Assembly (NCBI GenBank): GCA_016867035.1
Contig: VGKO01000001.1
Span: forward strand, 1,998-65,997
Direction: 5' to 3'
DNA: 64,000 bases
Source: Candidatus Pacearchaeota archaeon
GTDB taxonomy: Archaea; Nanobdellota; Nanobdellia; Pacearchaeales; GW2011-AR1
Position 1 is the first letter of the stretch. The number at the start of each line of letters is the position of its first letter. The position numbers and the translations under genes are program-made. Shown here piece after piece: positions 44,460-55,000 of this stretch. The notes beneath the pieces are model-generated. The model was given only the letters and a program-made list of their open reading frames with translations. It was not told where the DNA came from and ran no database searches.

Positions 44460-45662
44460 TTACTCCGGGATTAAAACAATTATAGAATAATCCTTTAGCT
44501 CTGCTAATTTCTTTACGTCAGCAAGACTAACTTTCTTTATTTCTTGCTCATATTGATAAGATTTAGCAGCATCGCCATAAGCTTCATTATACAATAAATC
44601 AAGCATTTGTCCCTGACTATCTTCTCGGCTTATTTTACTATTACCTATTAATTGTTCTTTAGCGTCTTCTACTTCTTTTTCCCCAAGTTTCTTTAATTTT
44701 TTTATTTCTTCTAAAATAAGTTTTTTGACTTTATCTATATTCTTAGGGGAGGTTCCAATGTAAATTGTATTATAACCAAAATATTTAGCAGAATGACAGC
44801 TCCCCTTAACTGCATAAGCCAGATTTCTTTTTTCCCTTATTTCTTGAAACAATCTAGAGCTCATTCCTCCAGCCAAAACAGCATTAAGAACCTGAGCAGA
44901 ATAATATTCTTGCTCAGTAGCTTTAGGAACATGATATGCAAGTATCATATTAGCTTGGTCTATTCCTTTTCTTTTTTCTACAATGATTTTATTTTTTAAA
45001 CCGATTTTTGGAATTGGAATCTTTTTATTCTTTTTTCTATCAAAATTCTTTTCTACAAAACCACATAATTCTTCGAAACTTGCATCGCCTACGACACAGA
45101 GAATAATATTATTTGGAGAATATATTTCCTTAAATTTCTTTAATATTTTGTCCCGAGTTATTGAACTCATTGTCTTCTCAGTACCAATTAAATCATAAGC
45201 CATATTCCCCGTAAAAAGAAGAGGCTGAATTTTATCATAAACATAAATTTGAGGAGTATCTCTTCTCATTTTCATTTCTTCGAAAATTACAAGTCGTTCT
45301 TTATTTAACTCTTTTTCTTCAAACTTTGGATTTTTAACCATATCTGAAAGAACATCTAGAGCAACCCCCAAATGTTTGGATGGCATCTTACACCAATATG
45401 CAGTCATTTCTTCTTCAGTAAAGCCATTTAATATCCCTCCTCTTTTTTCTATTTCTTCAGAAATTTGTTTAGAACTCCTCTTATTTGTCCCCTTGTAAAG
45501 CATATGTTCTATAAAATGAGAAATACCTTTTTCCGCCGGACTTTCGTGCACCCCGCCATAGAGAACAGCAAAAGCCACACTTACAACCCCTGAGCCCAAT
45601 CGTTGCTCAAAAATAACAGTAACCCCATTATCTAACTTTTTTTTGAAAAAATTCTCAGTCAT
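44460..45662 (-). CDS. M16-family zinc peptidase (insulinase/pitrilysin-like)
   Basis: The inverted zinc-binding motif 'HFIEH' lies near the N-terminus. The size and two-domain organisation fit M16. Confidence 0.75.
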   Translation of the reverse strand: MTENFFKKKLDNGVTVIFEQRLGSGVVSVAFAVLYGGVHESPAEKGISHFIEHMLYKGTNKRSSKQISEEIEKRGGILNGFTEEEMTAYWCKMPSKHLGVALDVLSDMVKNPKFEEKELNKERLVIFEEMKMRRDTPQIYVYDKIQPLLFTGNMAYDLIGTEKTMSSITRDKILKKFKEIYSPNNIILCVVGDASFEELCGFVEKNFDRKKNKKIPIPKIGLKNKIIVEKRKGIDQANMILAYHVPKATEQEYYSAQVLNAVLAGGMSSRLFQEIREKRNLAYAVKGSCHSAKYFGYNTIYIGTSPKNIDKVKKLILEEIKKLKKLGEKEVEDAKEQLIGNSKISREDSQGQMLDLLYNEAYGDAAKSYQYEQEIKKVSLADVKKLAELKDYSIIVLIPE

Positions 45663-45790
45663 ATTATAAATTACAGAAAGTAGTTATTAAATCCTTCTGT
45701 CTAACTTCGGAATGAAATAAAACTCCGAACACGTCTTTGCTAATTAATTTAATTGCTTGAGGAATTTTAGAAGAAGAATGTACTTAAAAT

Positions 45791-46330
45791 TTATTTTTTA
45801 ATTGGGAGATATTGTTTACCTACACGAAACTTTGATTTAGAAAGGACTAGAAGCCACCGATTAGAATCAAATTTTTCTTCTTTATCCTTCCAACGCCTCA
45901 AAAGTACAGAGTTAGAGATGAAAAAATTTTTACCATTCCAGGGATCGTTTAGAGAAAAGCCTCTTTTATTATAACCGACTACAACAGCATAATGCCCCTC
46001 ATTTGAGCAAGGTTCAATATAATTTATTATTATTGGGAACTTTTTGTCAATAAAATATTTTAATTGTTCGAGTGTAGAATTCTCTTGTACATAAGAAAAA
46101 AATCCGTGCTTACTTACTACTTTAATTAAATCCCCATGCGAGGTACCTGTTTTTTTACTAGTTCTTGCTTCTTTAGTAAGTTTATTTTCACTATATTTCT
46201 TACCTAAAAATTTAAAGACCATCTTGAGTGAGGCAGGCCCACAAGTATATTCTTTTTTTTGTTTGAAATAAGGCACCCTTTTTATTATCATTTTACTCAA
46301 ACTCTGCCCTCCAAGCATTTCCTTCGCCAA
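45791..46330 (-). CDS. Papain-like cysteine peptidase domain protein (C39-like)
   Basis: 'KEYTCGPASLKMV' (Cys in a C39-type context) and 'GHYAVVVGYN' (His). The annotated start probably lies downstream of 46330, because the ORF overlaps the upstream gene by 38 bp. Confidence 0.45.
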   Translation of the reverse strand: MAKEMLGGQSLSKMIIKRVPYFKQKKEYTCGPASLKMVFKFLGKKYSENKLTKEARTSKKTGTSHGDLIKVVSKHGFFSYVQENSTLEQLKYFIDKKFPIIINYIEPCSNEGHYAVVVGYNKRGFSLNDPWNGKNFFISNSVLLRRWKDKEEKFDSNRWLLVLSKSKFRVGKQYLPIKK

Positions 46331-46955
46331 TTATATTCTTAATTTTAAAATCAAGTTTATTTTTGAAAAGAGGACAATCTATTACAAGGGATTCAAATTC
46401 CCCTCCTTCGCCAGCAGGATTAATTTTATATTTCTCATGCAGTTTTTTCATTTCTTCAATAAAAAATTTATCAATTTTTCTTCCAACCCATTTTTTATCT
46501 AAAGGATAAGCCGCAACTCCAGAAAGAATTACCTGAAATTTATTTTTCAAGAGTTCTTCTAGCAATTCAATTTGATTCTTCTGCCAAAGGGGATTAAAGC
46601 ACTCTAAACCAAGCTTGTTACAAATATTTTGTATCCTACTAGCTTGATAGACACTCCCAACGGCGCCAGTAACAACCCCCCGTATTTTATACTTTTTAAT
46701 AGCAGAAACAATCGCTCTTTCTAAATCTTGTAGTTCTAATTCCTTTTTCCCAAGAGTTTCAAAGACTATTAAAGGCAAACCCATTAGATTTGATTGTTTT
46801 TTAGTAAGTTCAATAGCAGGCGTATGAAACATAAAACTATCTTTATTTTTACTGAAGATACTTATCAAGCAACTTAACTTATATCCTCTTTTTTTAGCTA
46901 GAAAAGCAGAGTACATAGAGTCCTTCCCACCAGAAAATAAAACACCCAATCTCAT
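46293..46955 (-). CDS. PP-loop ATP pyrophosphatase of the Dph6/MJ0570 family (diphthine-ammonia ligase-like)
   Basis: N-terminal PP-loop 'GVLFSGGKDS'. The 220-aa size matches the archaeal stand-alone domain. Confidence 0.6.
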   Translation of the reverse strand: MRLGVLFSGGKDSMYSAFLAKKRGYKLSCLISIFSKNKDSFMFHTPAIELTKKQSNLMGLPLIVFETLGKKELELQDLERAIVSAIKKYKIRGVVTGAVGSVYQASRIQNICNKLGLECFNPLWQKNQIELLEELLKNKFQVILSGVAAYPLDKKWVGRKIDKFFIEEMKKLHEKYKINPAGEGGEFESLVIDCPLFKNKLDFKIKNIIGEGNAWRAEFE

Positions 46956-47011
46956 GATATCCCAAAGAAGAGAGAGTTTAAAAATTATATTAAACTAAAA
47001 TTAGAAAGACA

Positions 47012-47923
47012 ATGGCAACAAATCCAGGATACGAATTCACACAAGCAGAAAAGCATTATGATGAAGCCCAAACAGATGAGGAAAAGCTGAAGGCTTTGGA
47101 AGAAATGATTAGAACCATGCCCGGGCATAAGTCTGCAGAAGCGCTTCGCGCCAATCTAAGATCAAGGTATAAAAGAATAAAGCTTGAAATGGTTGAAAAA
47201 AAGAAAAGAGGAAAGCAAACCAATAGGCAGACAATAAAAAAGGGAGATATGCAAGCAGTTTTAGTAGGTTTAACCAATGCAGGCAAGTCTTCTATCTTAA
47301 AAATATTAACAAATGCTAATCCCAAAATAGCAAGCTATGGATTTACAACCCAAGAGCCAGAAATAGGTATTCTCTATTATCAAACTTGCCCAATACAGAT
47401 TATAGACTTGCCAGCGATAGGAGCCGAAACTTTTGAAACAGGAATTATTAATACTGCAGATACAATCTTAGTAGTTATAGAAAAAATTCATGAAATTTCA
47501 GAAATTGAAAAAGTCCTCGAGAAAGCCAAAGGAAAAAGAATAATTATTTTTAATAAAATAGATTTATATGATGAACAAACTAAAAGAAAGATTCAAGAAA
47601 CTCTAAGGACAAAAAGATATAATTTTGCATTAATCTCTTGTAAAACACGAGAAGGAATAGAAGAATTAAAAGAAAAAATATTCAAGAGCTTTAGCAAAAT
47701 CCGAGTTTACACCAAACAGCCAGGCAAGCAAGCAGACCCAGACCCAATTATCATGAATCCTGGCGCCATAGTTGAAGATGCAGCCAAAATAATCTTTAAA
47801 GGCAGACTAGATGTAATAAAAAGAATAAGAATTTGGGGCCCGAGTAGCAAGTTCGGCGGACAAGAAGTTGGCATCAAACACGAGCTTAAAGATAAAGATA
47901 CTCTAGAGTTTCAGACCAGATAA
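47012..47923 (+). CDS. OBG/DRG-family GTPase with C-terminal TGS domain
   Basis: G1 'GLTNAGKSS', G2 'TT' in 'YGFTTQEPEIG', G4 'NKID', and a C-terminal TGS-like beta-grasp ('IRVYTKQPG...IIFKGRLDVIKRIRIWG'). Confidence 0.6.
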   Translation: MATNPGYEFTQAEKHYDEAQTDEEKLKALEEMIRTMPGHKSAEALRANLRSRYKRIKLEMVEKKKRGKQTNRQTIKKGDMQAVLVGLTNAGKSSILKILTNANPKIASYGFTTQEPEIGILYYQTCPIQIIDLPAIGAETFETGIINTADTILVVIEKIHEISEIEKVLEKAKGKRIIIFNKIDLYDEQTKRKIQETLRTKRYNFALISCKTREGIEELKEKIFKSFSKIRVYTKQPGKQADPDPIIMNPGAIVEDAAKIIFKGRLDVIKRIRIWGPSSKFGGQEVGIKHELKDKDTLEFQTR

Positions 47924-47927
47924 TATA

Positions 47928-49193
47928 TTAAGAAGAAATATATTTTCTTTGAAGCACGCCCTTTACCTCATCTAAATTCTTTAAGATTTTCTTTGGCCCC
48001 GGTAAATTTTTATTCATTTTAGAAAAATAAAGATTTGCAACATTTCTAGGTAGAGAAGGATAAATAATTTTTTCGGCTATATTCATTAAAGAACAAGCGT
48101 TTATATCGGGTTTGATAAATGAATTAGAGATTATTTTAGCCTCGCCCCTACAACCACCCAAACATAAGGGAAAATAGCGACATTTTAAGCATTCTTTTAA
48201 ATCACTAAAACTTAATTTTTTAAAATTTAGAGAGTTTTTTATTTTTACTACAGAGTTAAAGTCAGCATTATCTACCGAAGCCAGAGTAATATCTTGACAA
48301 GGGATAGAGGGACAAAGAATATATTTTCCCTCGGCATTAATAAATAGAGAATAATCAGTTTTATATGCACAAGGATTTTCTGTTAAGGAAGGAGTAAAAA
48401 CATTTTTAGAATTAATTTTGGAGTTAAAAACTTTATAAATCTTTAAGAAAAATGGCTTTTTATCCAAAAAATATTTTTTTAAGACTTGTTTTAATTTAAG
48501 AGCTATAAGATTATAATCTGCAGAGAATTTTTCTTTTTTTTCTGCCAATCTACCCCTCAACTGAGGAAAGTCTATATGCCACTCATCGATGCCTATTCTT
48601 TTAAGGAGATTATAGAGTTTGGGGAGCTCTCTTACAGATTTACCATTAATCAAAGTATTAATCTTTATTTTAACTTCGGGGGCTTTCTTTCTTAAAACAA
48701 TAAGATTGTTTATTATTTTACGATAGTCGCTTCCAACCCTATAGAAATTATGGGAAGCCGTACCATCAAGAGTAACAGTTAGCCTAGAGACATAATCTTT
48801 AATTAAAGAGAGATTGTTTTTATTTGTAATTAAAGTCCCATTAGAATAAATTTCTACAAAACATCCATTACATTCTTTTAAAATCGTATCTAAGTCTTCT
48901 TTAACAAAAGCTTCTCCGCCGGTAAACAAAAAACTATTACATCCTTCTGCTCTCGCTTCCTTAATAACTTGGATGATTTTCTCGCTTTTTAACTCACGGG
49001 ATATTTTTTGAGGAGAATTTAAATAACCACGACAACAATAAAAACATTTAAGATTACATTTTCCCGTAACTTCAAAAGAAACCCTTTGTATTTTTTTAGA
49101 AACTAATCGTAGTGATCTCTTACTGTTTCTTTTTTTCTTATTCTTATAGGGTCTTTTCTTTTCTTTTTTGATTCTTTTTTCATAATAAGGCAT
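47928..49193 (-). CDS. Radical SAM enzyme with C-terminal SPASM/twitch-type auxiliary cluster domain; polybasic N-terminal tail
   Basis: 'CNLKCFYCC' (CxxxCxxC), C-terminal 'CLKCRYFPLCLGGCRGEA', and N-terminal 'KRIKKEKKRPYKNKKKRNSKRSLR'. Confidence 0.7.
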   Translation of the reverse strand: MPYYEKRIKKEKKRPYKNKKKRNSKRSLRLVSKKIQRVSFEVTGKCNLKCFYCCRGYLNSPQKISRELKSEKIIQVIKEARAEGCNSFLFTGGEAFVKEDLDTILKECNGCFVEIYSNGTLITNKNNLSLIKDYVSRLTVTLDGTASHNFYRVGSDYRKIINNLIVLRKKAPEVKIKINTLINGKSVRELPKLYNLLKRIGIDEWHIDFPQLRGRLAEKKEKFSADYNLIALKLKQVLKKYFLDKKPFFLKIYKVFNSKINSKNVFTPSLTENPCAYKTDYSLFINAEGKYILCPSIPCQDITLASVDNADFNSVVKIKNSLNFKKLSFSDLKECLKCRYFPLCLGGCRGEAKIISNSFIKPDINACSLMNIAEKIIYPSLPRNVANLYFSKMNKNLPGPKKILKNLDEVKGVLQRKYISS

Positions 49194-49217
49194 AGTATCA
49201 ATTATTTATAAATATTA

Positions 49218-50393
49218 TTATCTTGTAATAATCAGTTTCTCCATCTCTTCCTTAAGTTTTTTGATTTTTGGTTGATTAAGATGTTCTGTGGCGGGTTTTA
49301 AAATTTCAATAATTTTTTCTGCGACAGCGGCCTTTAGATCCATCGGATGCAATTTTTTTTCTGCGAAATCCTTTTCAAGCTCTTCGTAACTAGAATAACT
49401 CTTGTTTCCACCAAACTTTTCCGGTCTCCTGATATCTAGTTTCGGATTTTTGCCTATTCCAAAAACAATGTATTTACACCAATCTAAAATGGGATTATAA
49501 TCAATTTCGCCTTCTAAACAAAAAGCCTTATTTACTTTAGTTTTAATTTCTTCAGGAGAATCATCCATATAAACTGCAGAACTTGGAATACTTTTACTCA
49601 TTTTCATCTCTGCTCTAAAATCTTGAAGATTTTCTTTTGGAACAGGCCAGGTAGTTGGTTTTTGTAAACCCAAAACCAAATGCCCATGCACAGCACAGGG
49701 CTTTATTTGGTTTCCCTCTGCATCACAAACAATTTTAAAAGACAATTTATCAGCAACGTCTCTTGCTATTACCTGGGCTTTTCTTTGATCCATTCCTGCA
49801 TGAGCCATATTAATATCTTGAATAAAAATATCTGCTACCTGCATAGGGGGATAGATTAATTTAGCAAAATCCACAGTTTCCCCTTCTTTTCTGCCAGCAA
49901 TAGTTATACTTCTTAACATTCTCGAAAGAGAAGTATTTTTACTTATGTCTATTACGGTTAACCAATATAAATCATTATTATGGTATAATTGGCTACCTAA
50001 AACAAATTTTAATTTTTCAGAATCGCCACCAACACATTTAAATGCGGCCTTTATACACTCTTTAAAATAAGGAACGCCTATTTTTTGAATTGTTTCCATA
50101 TTTCCGCCCAATTTATCATTTATCCAAGAATGCCAATCTGCCAGAAAGATACTGCAATCTACTCCCGCATCTTGAAAATCTTTTACTTTAGCCATACAAA
50201 CTAAACCATGTCCAATGTGAGGTTTATTAGAAATTTCAAAGCCAATATAATGCTTAAGCTTTTCGCCTTTTTTTATTAATTCTTTTAACTCCTCTTCGCC
50301 TATAATTTCCTCTGTGTTTCTCTTAATTAAATTAAATCTTTCTTCCCAACTCAAACCACTTGTCATTTTTTTGCTCTTTGCTTCTTTTGCCAT
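49218..50393 (-). CDS. Class I aminoacyl-tRNA synthetase of the Tyr/Trp subfamily (most likely tyrosyl-tRNA synthetase)
   Basis: HIGH motif 'KPHIGHGL' and KMSKS motif 'KMSKSIP'. 'FLADWHSWIN' resembles the TyrRS 'LLADLHAYLN' segment. Confidence 0.7.
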   Translation of the reverse strand: MAKEAKSKKMTSGLSWEERFNLIKRNTEEIIGEEELKELIKKGEKLKHYIGFEISNKPHIGHGLVCMAKVKDFQDAGVDCSIFLADWHSWINDKLGGNMETIQKIGVPYFKECIKAAFKCVGGDSEKLKFVLGSQLYHNNDLYWLTVIDISKNTSLSRMLRSITIAGRKEGETVDFAKLIYPPMQVADIFIQDINMAHAGMDQRKAQVIARDVADKLSFKIVCDAEGNQIKPCAVHGHLVLGLQKPTTWPVPKENLQDFRAEMKMSKSIPSSAVYMDDSPEEIKTKVNKAFCLEGEIDYNPILDWCKYIVFGIGKNPKLDIRRPEKFGGNKSYSSYEELEKDFAEKKLHPMDLKAAVAEKIIEILKPATEHLNQPKIKKLKEEMEKLIITR

Positions 50394-50442
50394 AATTATA
50401 CGGTATAGAAATACTTAATAAATCTTTTTACGAATACATTTT

Positions 50443-50808
50443 ATGGAAAAGCTCTTGAAAACAGCTTTGGCTATTTCCCTTTTAGGCATCCTTCTTTTAT
50501 TATTTCTCTCAACGAAACTCCAAACACCACTTACAACAATAAACCAATCTCTTAGTTTAGAGGAATATGAAAAAGTCAAATTAGAAGGCCAAGTATTAAA
50601 TTTTAGAGAACTGAGCCCAAACTTTTATATCTTAGGATTAAAAGACTCTACTTCAGAGATAGATATAGTTTTTAATAGCAAAAATAATCTTAGTCAACTA
50701 ATAAAAAATAACAATACCCTGATGCAAATAACCGGTAAAATAAACTTTTATAATAATAAAACTCAAATAAACGCAGATAAAATAGTTTTGTTGAAAAATG
50801 CTACTTGA
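50443..50808 (+). CDS. Small membrane-anchored/secreted OB-fold-like protein
   Basis: N-terminal hydrophobic helix, then 'VKLEGQVLNF...FYILGLKDSTSEIDIVFN...MQITGKINFYNNKTQINADKIVLL', reminiscent of BOF/YgiW-type OB folds. Confidence 0.35.
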   Translation: MEKLLKTALAISLLGILLLLFLSTKLQTPLTTINQSLSLEEYEKVKLEGQVLNFRELSPNFYILGLKDSTSEIDIVFNSKNNLSQLIKNNNTLMQITGKINFYNNKTQINADKIVLLKNAT

Positions 50809-52000
50809 AATCTTTTTAGCCATTATTTTAGGAGTTATTATCGGAACCATCACAGGAATAACCCCGGGAATACATATTAATTTAGTTTCTGCATTATTAT
50901 TGGCGGCAACAACTTCTTTGCTTTTGAGTTTTGATTCAATAATTTTAATAGTTTTCTTAGTTTCGATAGCCATAACCCATACTTTTGTAGATTTTATCCC
51001 CTCTATTTTTTTAGGTGCTCCTGATGAGGATAATTTTTTATCGATTTTACCAGGACATCAAATGTTAATCCAAGGCCAGGGTTTTACAGGAATCGTTCTC
51101 ACCGCTTACGGAGGATTAATGGCTTTAGCAATATTTCTTATCTTGGCTCCTATTTTTATTTATTTTTTACCAATAATTTACCCCTACGCCCAAAGAATAA
51201 TGATTTTTATTTTACTTATTACTTGTTTTTTTCTGATTTATTTTGAAAAGAAAAATAGATTTTTAGCACTTCTTATTTTTTTACTAGCTGGTTTCTTAGG
51301 TTACGCAACCTTTAATCTTCCTCTGAAAGAAAATCTCTTGCCTTTATTCACTGGTTTATTTGGGGTTTCTTCTATAATAACTTCTATTTTGAAAAAACAA
51401 AAACTACCTGAACAGAAAATAATAAAATTAAAAAATATTAAAATAAAAAACCAGGGTTTTTCAAAATCTATTTTTGCATCGCTAATAGCCTCGCCACTTT
51501 GCAGTTTTCTTCCTGGCTTAGGGAGCGGTCAAGCTGCAGTAATAGGTAGCGAAGTCATAGGACAATTAAATAAAAAACAGTTTCTTTTTCTTTTAGGTAT
51601 AGTAAACACCTTAGTCACAAGTTTATCTTTTATAACGCTTTATTCCATATCTAAAGCAAGAACAGGAGTCGCGGTTGCAGTAGGGAAATTAACCGAACTT
51701 GGTTTAAAAGAAATATTTATTATAGTTGGCGCGATAATTATAGCAGGAATATTTGCTTTTATAATAACAATTTGGTTAGCAAAAATATTCTCTAAGATAA
51801 TCTGTAAATTAAATTATCAGATACTTTCAATAATAATTTTAATCTTGCTTCTTGTGATTGTTGTTTATTTTTCTGGTTGGTTGGGTTTGTTAGTTTCCCT
51901 GGTTTCTTCGGCTTTGGGGCTAGCTTGCATACTTTTAGGAATTCGCAGAACTCATTTAATGGGTTGCCTATTGATTCCGGCAATATTATTTTACATATAG
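50798..52000 (+). CDS. Polytopic membrane protein (TctA/DUF112-like), unknown substrate
   Basis: About 10 TM helices with repeated 'G(I/L)(T/L)PG(I/L)' motifs ('GITPGIHINL', 'LPGLGSGQAAV'). Confidence 0.4.
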   Translation: MLLEIFLAIILGVIIGTITGITPGIHINLVSALLLAATTSLLLSFDSIILIVFLVSIAITHTFVDFIPSIFLGAPDEDNFLSILPGHQMLIQGQGFTGIVLTAYGGLMALAIFLILAPIFIYFLPIIYPYAQRIMIFILLITCFFLIYFEKKNRFLALLIFLLAGFLGYATFNLPLKENLLPLFTGLFGVSSIITSILKKQKLPEQKIIKLKNIKIKNQGFSKSIFASLIASPLCSFLPGLGSGQAAVIGSEVIGQLNKKQFLFLLGIVNTLVTSLSFITLYSISKARTGVAVAVGKLTELGLKEIFIIVGAIIIAGIFAFIITIWLAKIFSKIICKLNYQILSIIILILLLVIVVYFSGWLGLLVSLVSSALGLACILLGIRRTHLMGCLLIPAILFYI

Positions 52001-52013
52001 AGACTCAGAAAAT

Positions 52014-55000
52014 TTAACTAGTAATAAAATCCCCCAAACCACTTTGTTTCTCAGTTTCTTTACCAAAGATACTTTCAATATATCTCCTTGTTAACAGAAG
52101 GTTTTGTTTGATGTAGGCTGGAACAGCATATTTATTTGCAAGTTCTGTTGCTGGCTCTAAGTATTTTACAATACTACCATAAGAAATCGTAAATATAATT
52201 TTTCCTTCGCACTTAGTACATTTTCCTGTAAGGGGCGGACGCCTAAACTTAGAATTACATGCAACACATCTAAATTCTTGTTCGCAGAATTTTCTTAAGT
52301 TACCTCTTAAATCCCTCATAAAATGTCTATCTATTACTAATCTTGCAACATCCCCTGTTTCTGCTGCCCTTAGTTTAGTAACCAAGTCCATCTGAGCCCT
52401 AACTTTTTCAAGCATATTAGGAATTGTCTTATAAGAGGAATTGGTAACCCCTTCATTAAAGTCATTAGTGTCATGAGTAAAACCAATATTGGTAAAAGTA
52501 TCAAGGCCCTTGGCAAGTCTTTGTTTAACATTATCTATTTTTATTTCACTTGAATGATGTCCGCCCTGCTCTGAAAGTTCATACATCTCCAAAGGATAGC
52601 TTCCGCACATCTCTAAATCAAGAATTTGATCATCAACCTCTCCTGCACGTATTCTTGCATTTAAAACAAGCGGAGCATCTTGTGTACCGCCCCTATGCGA
52701 AGGCAAGTATTGTCTAGAAAAATTCAAAAGAGTGTCGAGAAGCATCATTACAGCAAGTTCATCTCCATCACAATCTCTACGACAAGCAGCATGAATATAG
52801 GGCGAAGCAAAAATAGTTTGGGTTTTGCTAAAACCAATAATTCTAGAAACAACACACGCACAATTATGAGGAGATATACAAACGGTAAGTTGCCCAATTA
52901 AATCTTCTTTCTTTTTAACATTATAAAAAGGTTTTAATTTGTAAAACTTGACAAGTAAATCATCTATAAAATTACAAATTTTGATAAAAACATCGTCTCC
53001 TCTTTCGTCAAGAGTATCTGGACAAGCGGAAATTAAAATATCATGGGGCTTAAGTTCAAGAATTTGATTTTCATTCTCAAGGACCTTCCCAAAAATATCT
53101 TGCTCATACCCTAGGCTTCTTAACTTTTCGATTGGTGCTTGAACCTCTTTTGGCTTGAAATGAGTTATTGGTGCTTCTGTACCATCATATCTAATTGTCC
53201 CGTCTTTGTTAACCGCAAGCCCATGCCTTGCTCGCAAAATCCCTTTTGCCAAATTTTCAGGAATATGGTTCTCGTTACTTGTACCTTTAACTCCTTTAAT
53301 TAAAGGAGGTACCTGGTCTTTCTCAATTCCTAAATGAGTATATGCTTTCTTAAAATAATTTTTCATATCTATTTTTCTGTTCGAATATCTTTGTCCAATT
53401 TTATGTTCAGGACATATTCTAGATTCAAATTTAGCCTTGCATTCTCTACAATAGTAAAGTGCTTTGGTTTGCTCACCACAATCTTCGCAAACAAAGTAAA
53501 TAGTTTCTTTATTGCATTTATTACAAAAGTATAATGGGAATTCTGCTTTAACTTCGCCAACCTCAAAAGATTCGTTGACACTTCTAAACCTGCCGCCCTC
53601 TTCACCAACAGGGAAGAGAACATTAGGATTCCCGATTAATCTTCTAAGCTTAGCTTTTTCAGGCCTGCCCATTCTTGTTCCAATAAATGTACCTGCTTTG
53701 TCCCGAATTCTGTATTTAGAAAATTGATTAATTGCAAATAATACTCCTTTAAGTTTAATTTCGTCCGAAGCAACCAAGGAAATAATATTATTTATTTCCG
53801 TATCTATTTTTTTACCAGAATATTCTAAAATATTTTCTGTAATCCCCAAGTTCGCCAGGAGGGCACCAGCCCAAGGGTCCGGAATGACAATATTCTCAAG
53901 CGTAACCTCATGTTCTATACCTAAAAGTTCTAAGGCCCTCTTTGCTCTTGAAAATTTTTCTCTGTTGGCTTCCCTATAAGGCAGAATTATTTTATCCTCA
54001 TTAATATTTGCATTTAAAAGATAATATAAAAGCTCCAAAAATTCTTCCCAAGTTATTTGTGTCCAGAAAAAAATAAAGGAAGGATGTAAGGAAACTCCAA
54101 AACTTTTACTTAACTCTAAAGCCTTTTCCAAACTAATATTAGATTTATCTATATTAAACTGATTAAAATCTAAATTTTTTTCTTTAAATATTTTCTTTAG
54201 TTCTAATTCCCACCACTCTTCAACAAATCCTGCTTTAAGGAGTTCGTAGTTTCTATTCAAAACATCTCCAAATGGGAAGAGAATATCTCCAAAATAAATT
54301 ATCTCTTCTACATTAGGATAAGCTTTCTTAGCCTCCGAGTAATTATTAAATTTTTTCACACTTCCGTTCTTTAACTTAACAATTGGTCCGTCAATACTAT
54401 CACAAGAACTAATTATACAACCTTTAGTCGGCTTTTCGATTTTTAGTTGAGTACCAGTAGACAAAAAATCATTAGAGATTCCCATTGTTGCTGGATGTAT
54501 CGAAGTTGCTGAAAAACCTGCTACCCTAGAACGGCCATATCTAAATCTAAATCCACCGCTTCTAGAGGGATGGCCGAAAACAGGACGCCCTGCAACCAAG
54601 TCTTTGATATAAGTTGGACTTGTATCTGTAGAACCTTTTTCTCTTTTCTTATGCAAAACAATATAATCATCTAAAAAACCCCAGTCACTAATTTTAAATC
54701 CCTTGGCTTGTAATCCCTTCAGCAACCTTTGTGCTTTTTGTGCTTTTTGTGCTAATCCTTCTCCAAAAATTAAACATAAACCCCCGCGAATAGCATTAGT
54801 CTGAACCCTAGGTAAATCTTTAAAATTAGAAACTTCTCTTTGCTCGCTCGGTTCTCCGGAAATTTGAATCGGAAGACTTTTAGCTAAGAAATAAGATTCT
54901 TCTTCTGTGGGTAAATACTGAAGATTTGTAACCCTTTCATGATAATCTACTATTTCCGTAACAAATCTTTTTATTTCATTTTCATCAGGGTCAAACTTAG

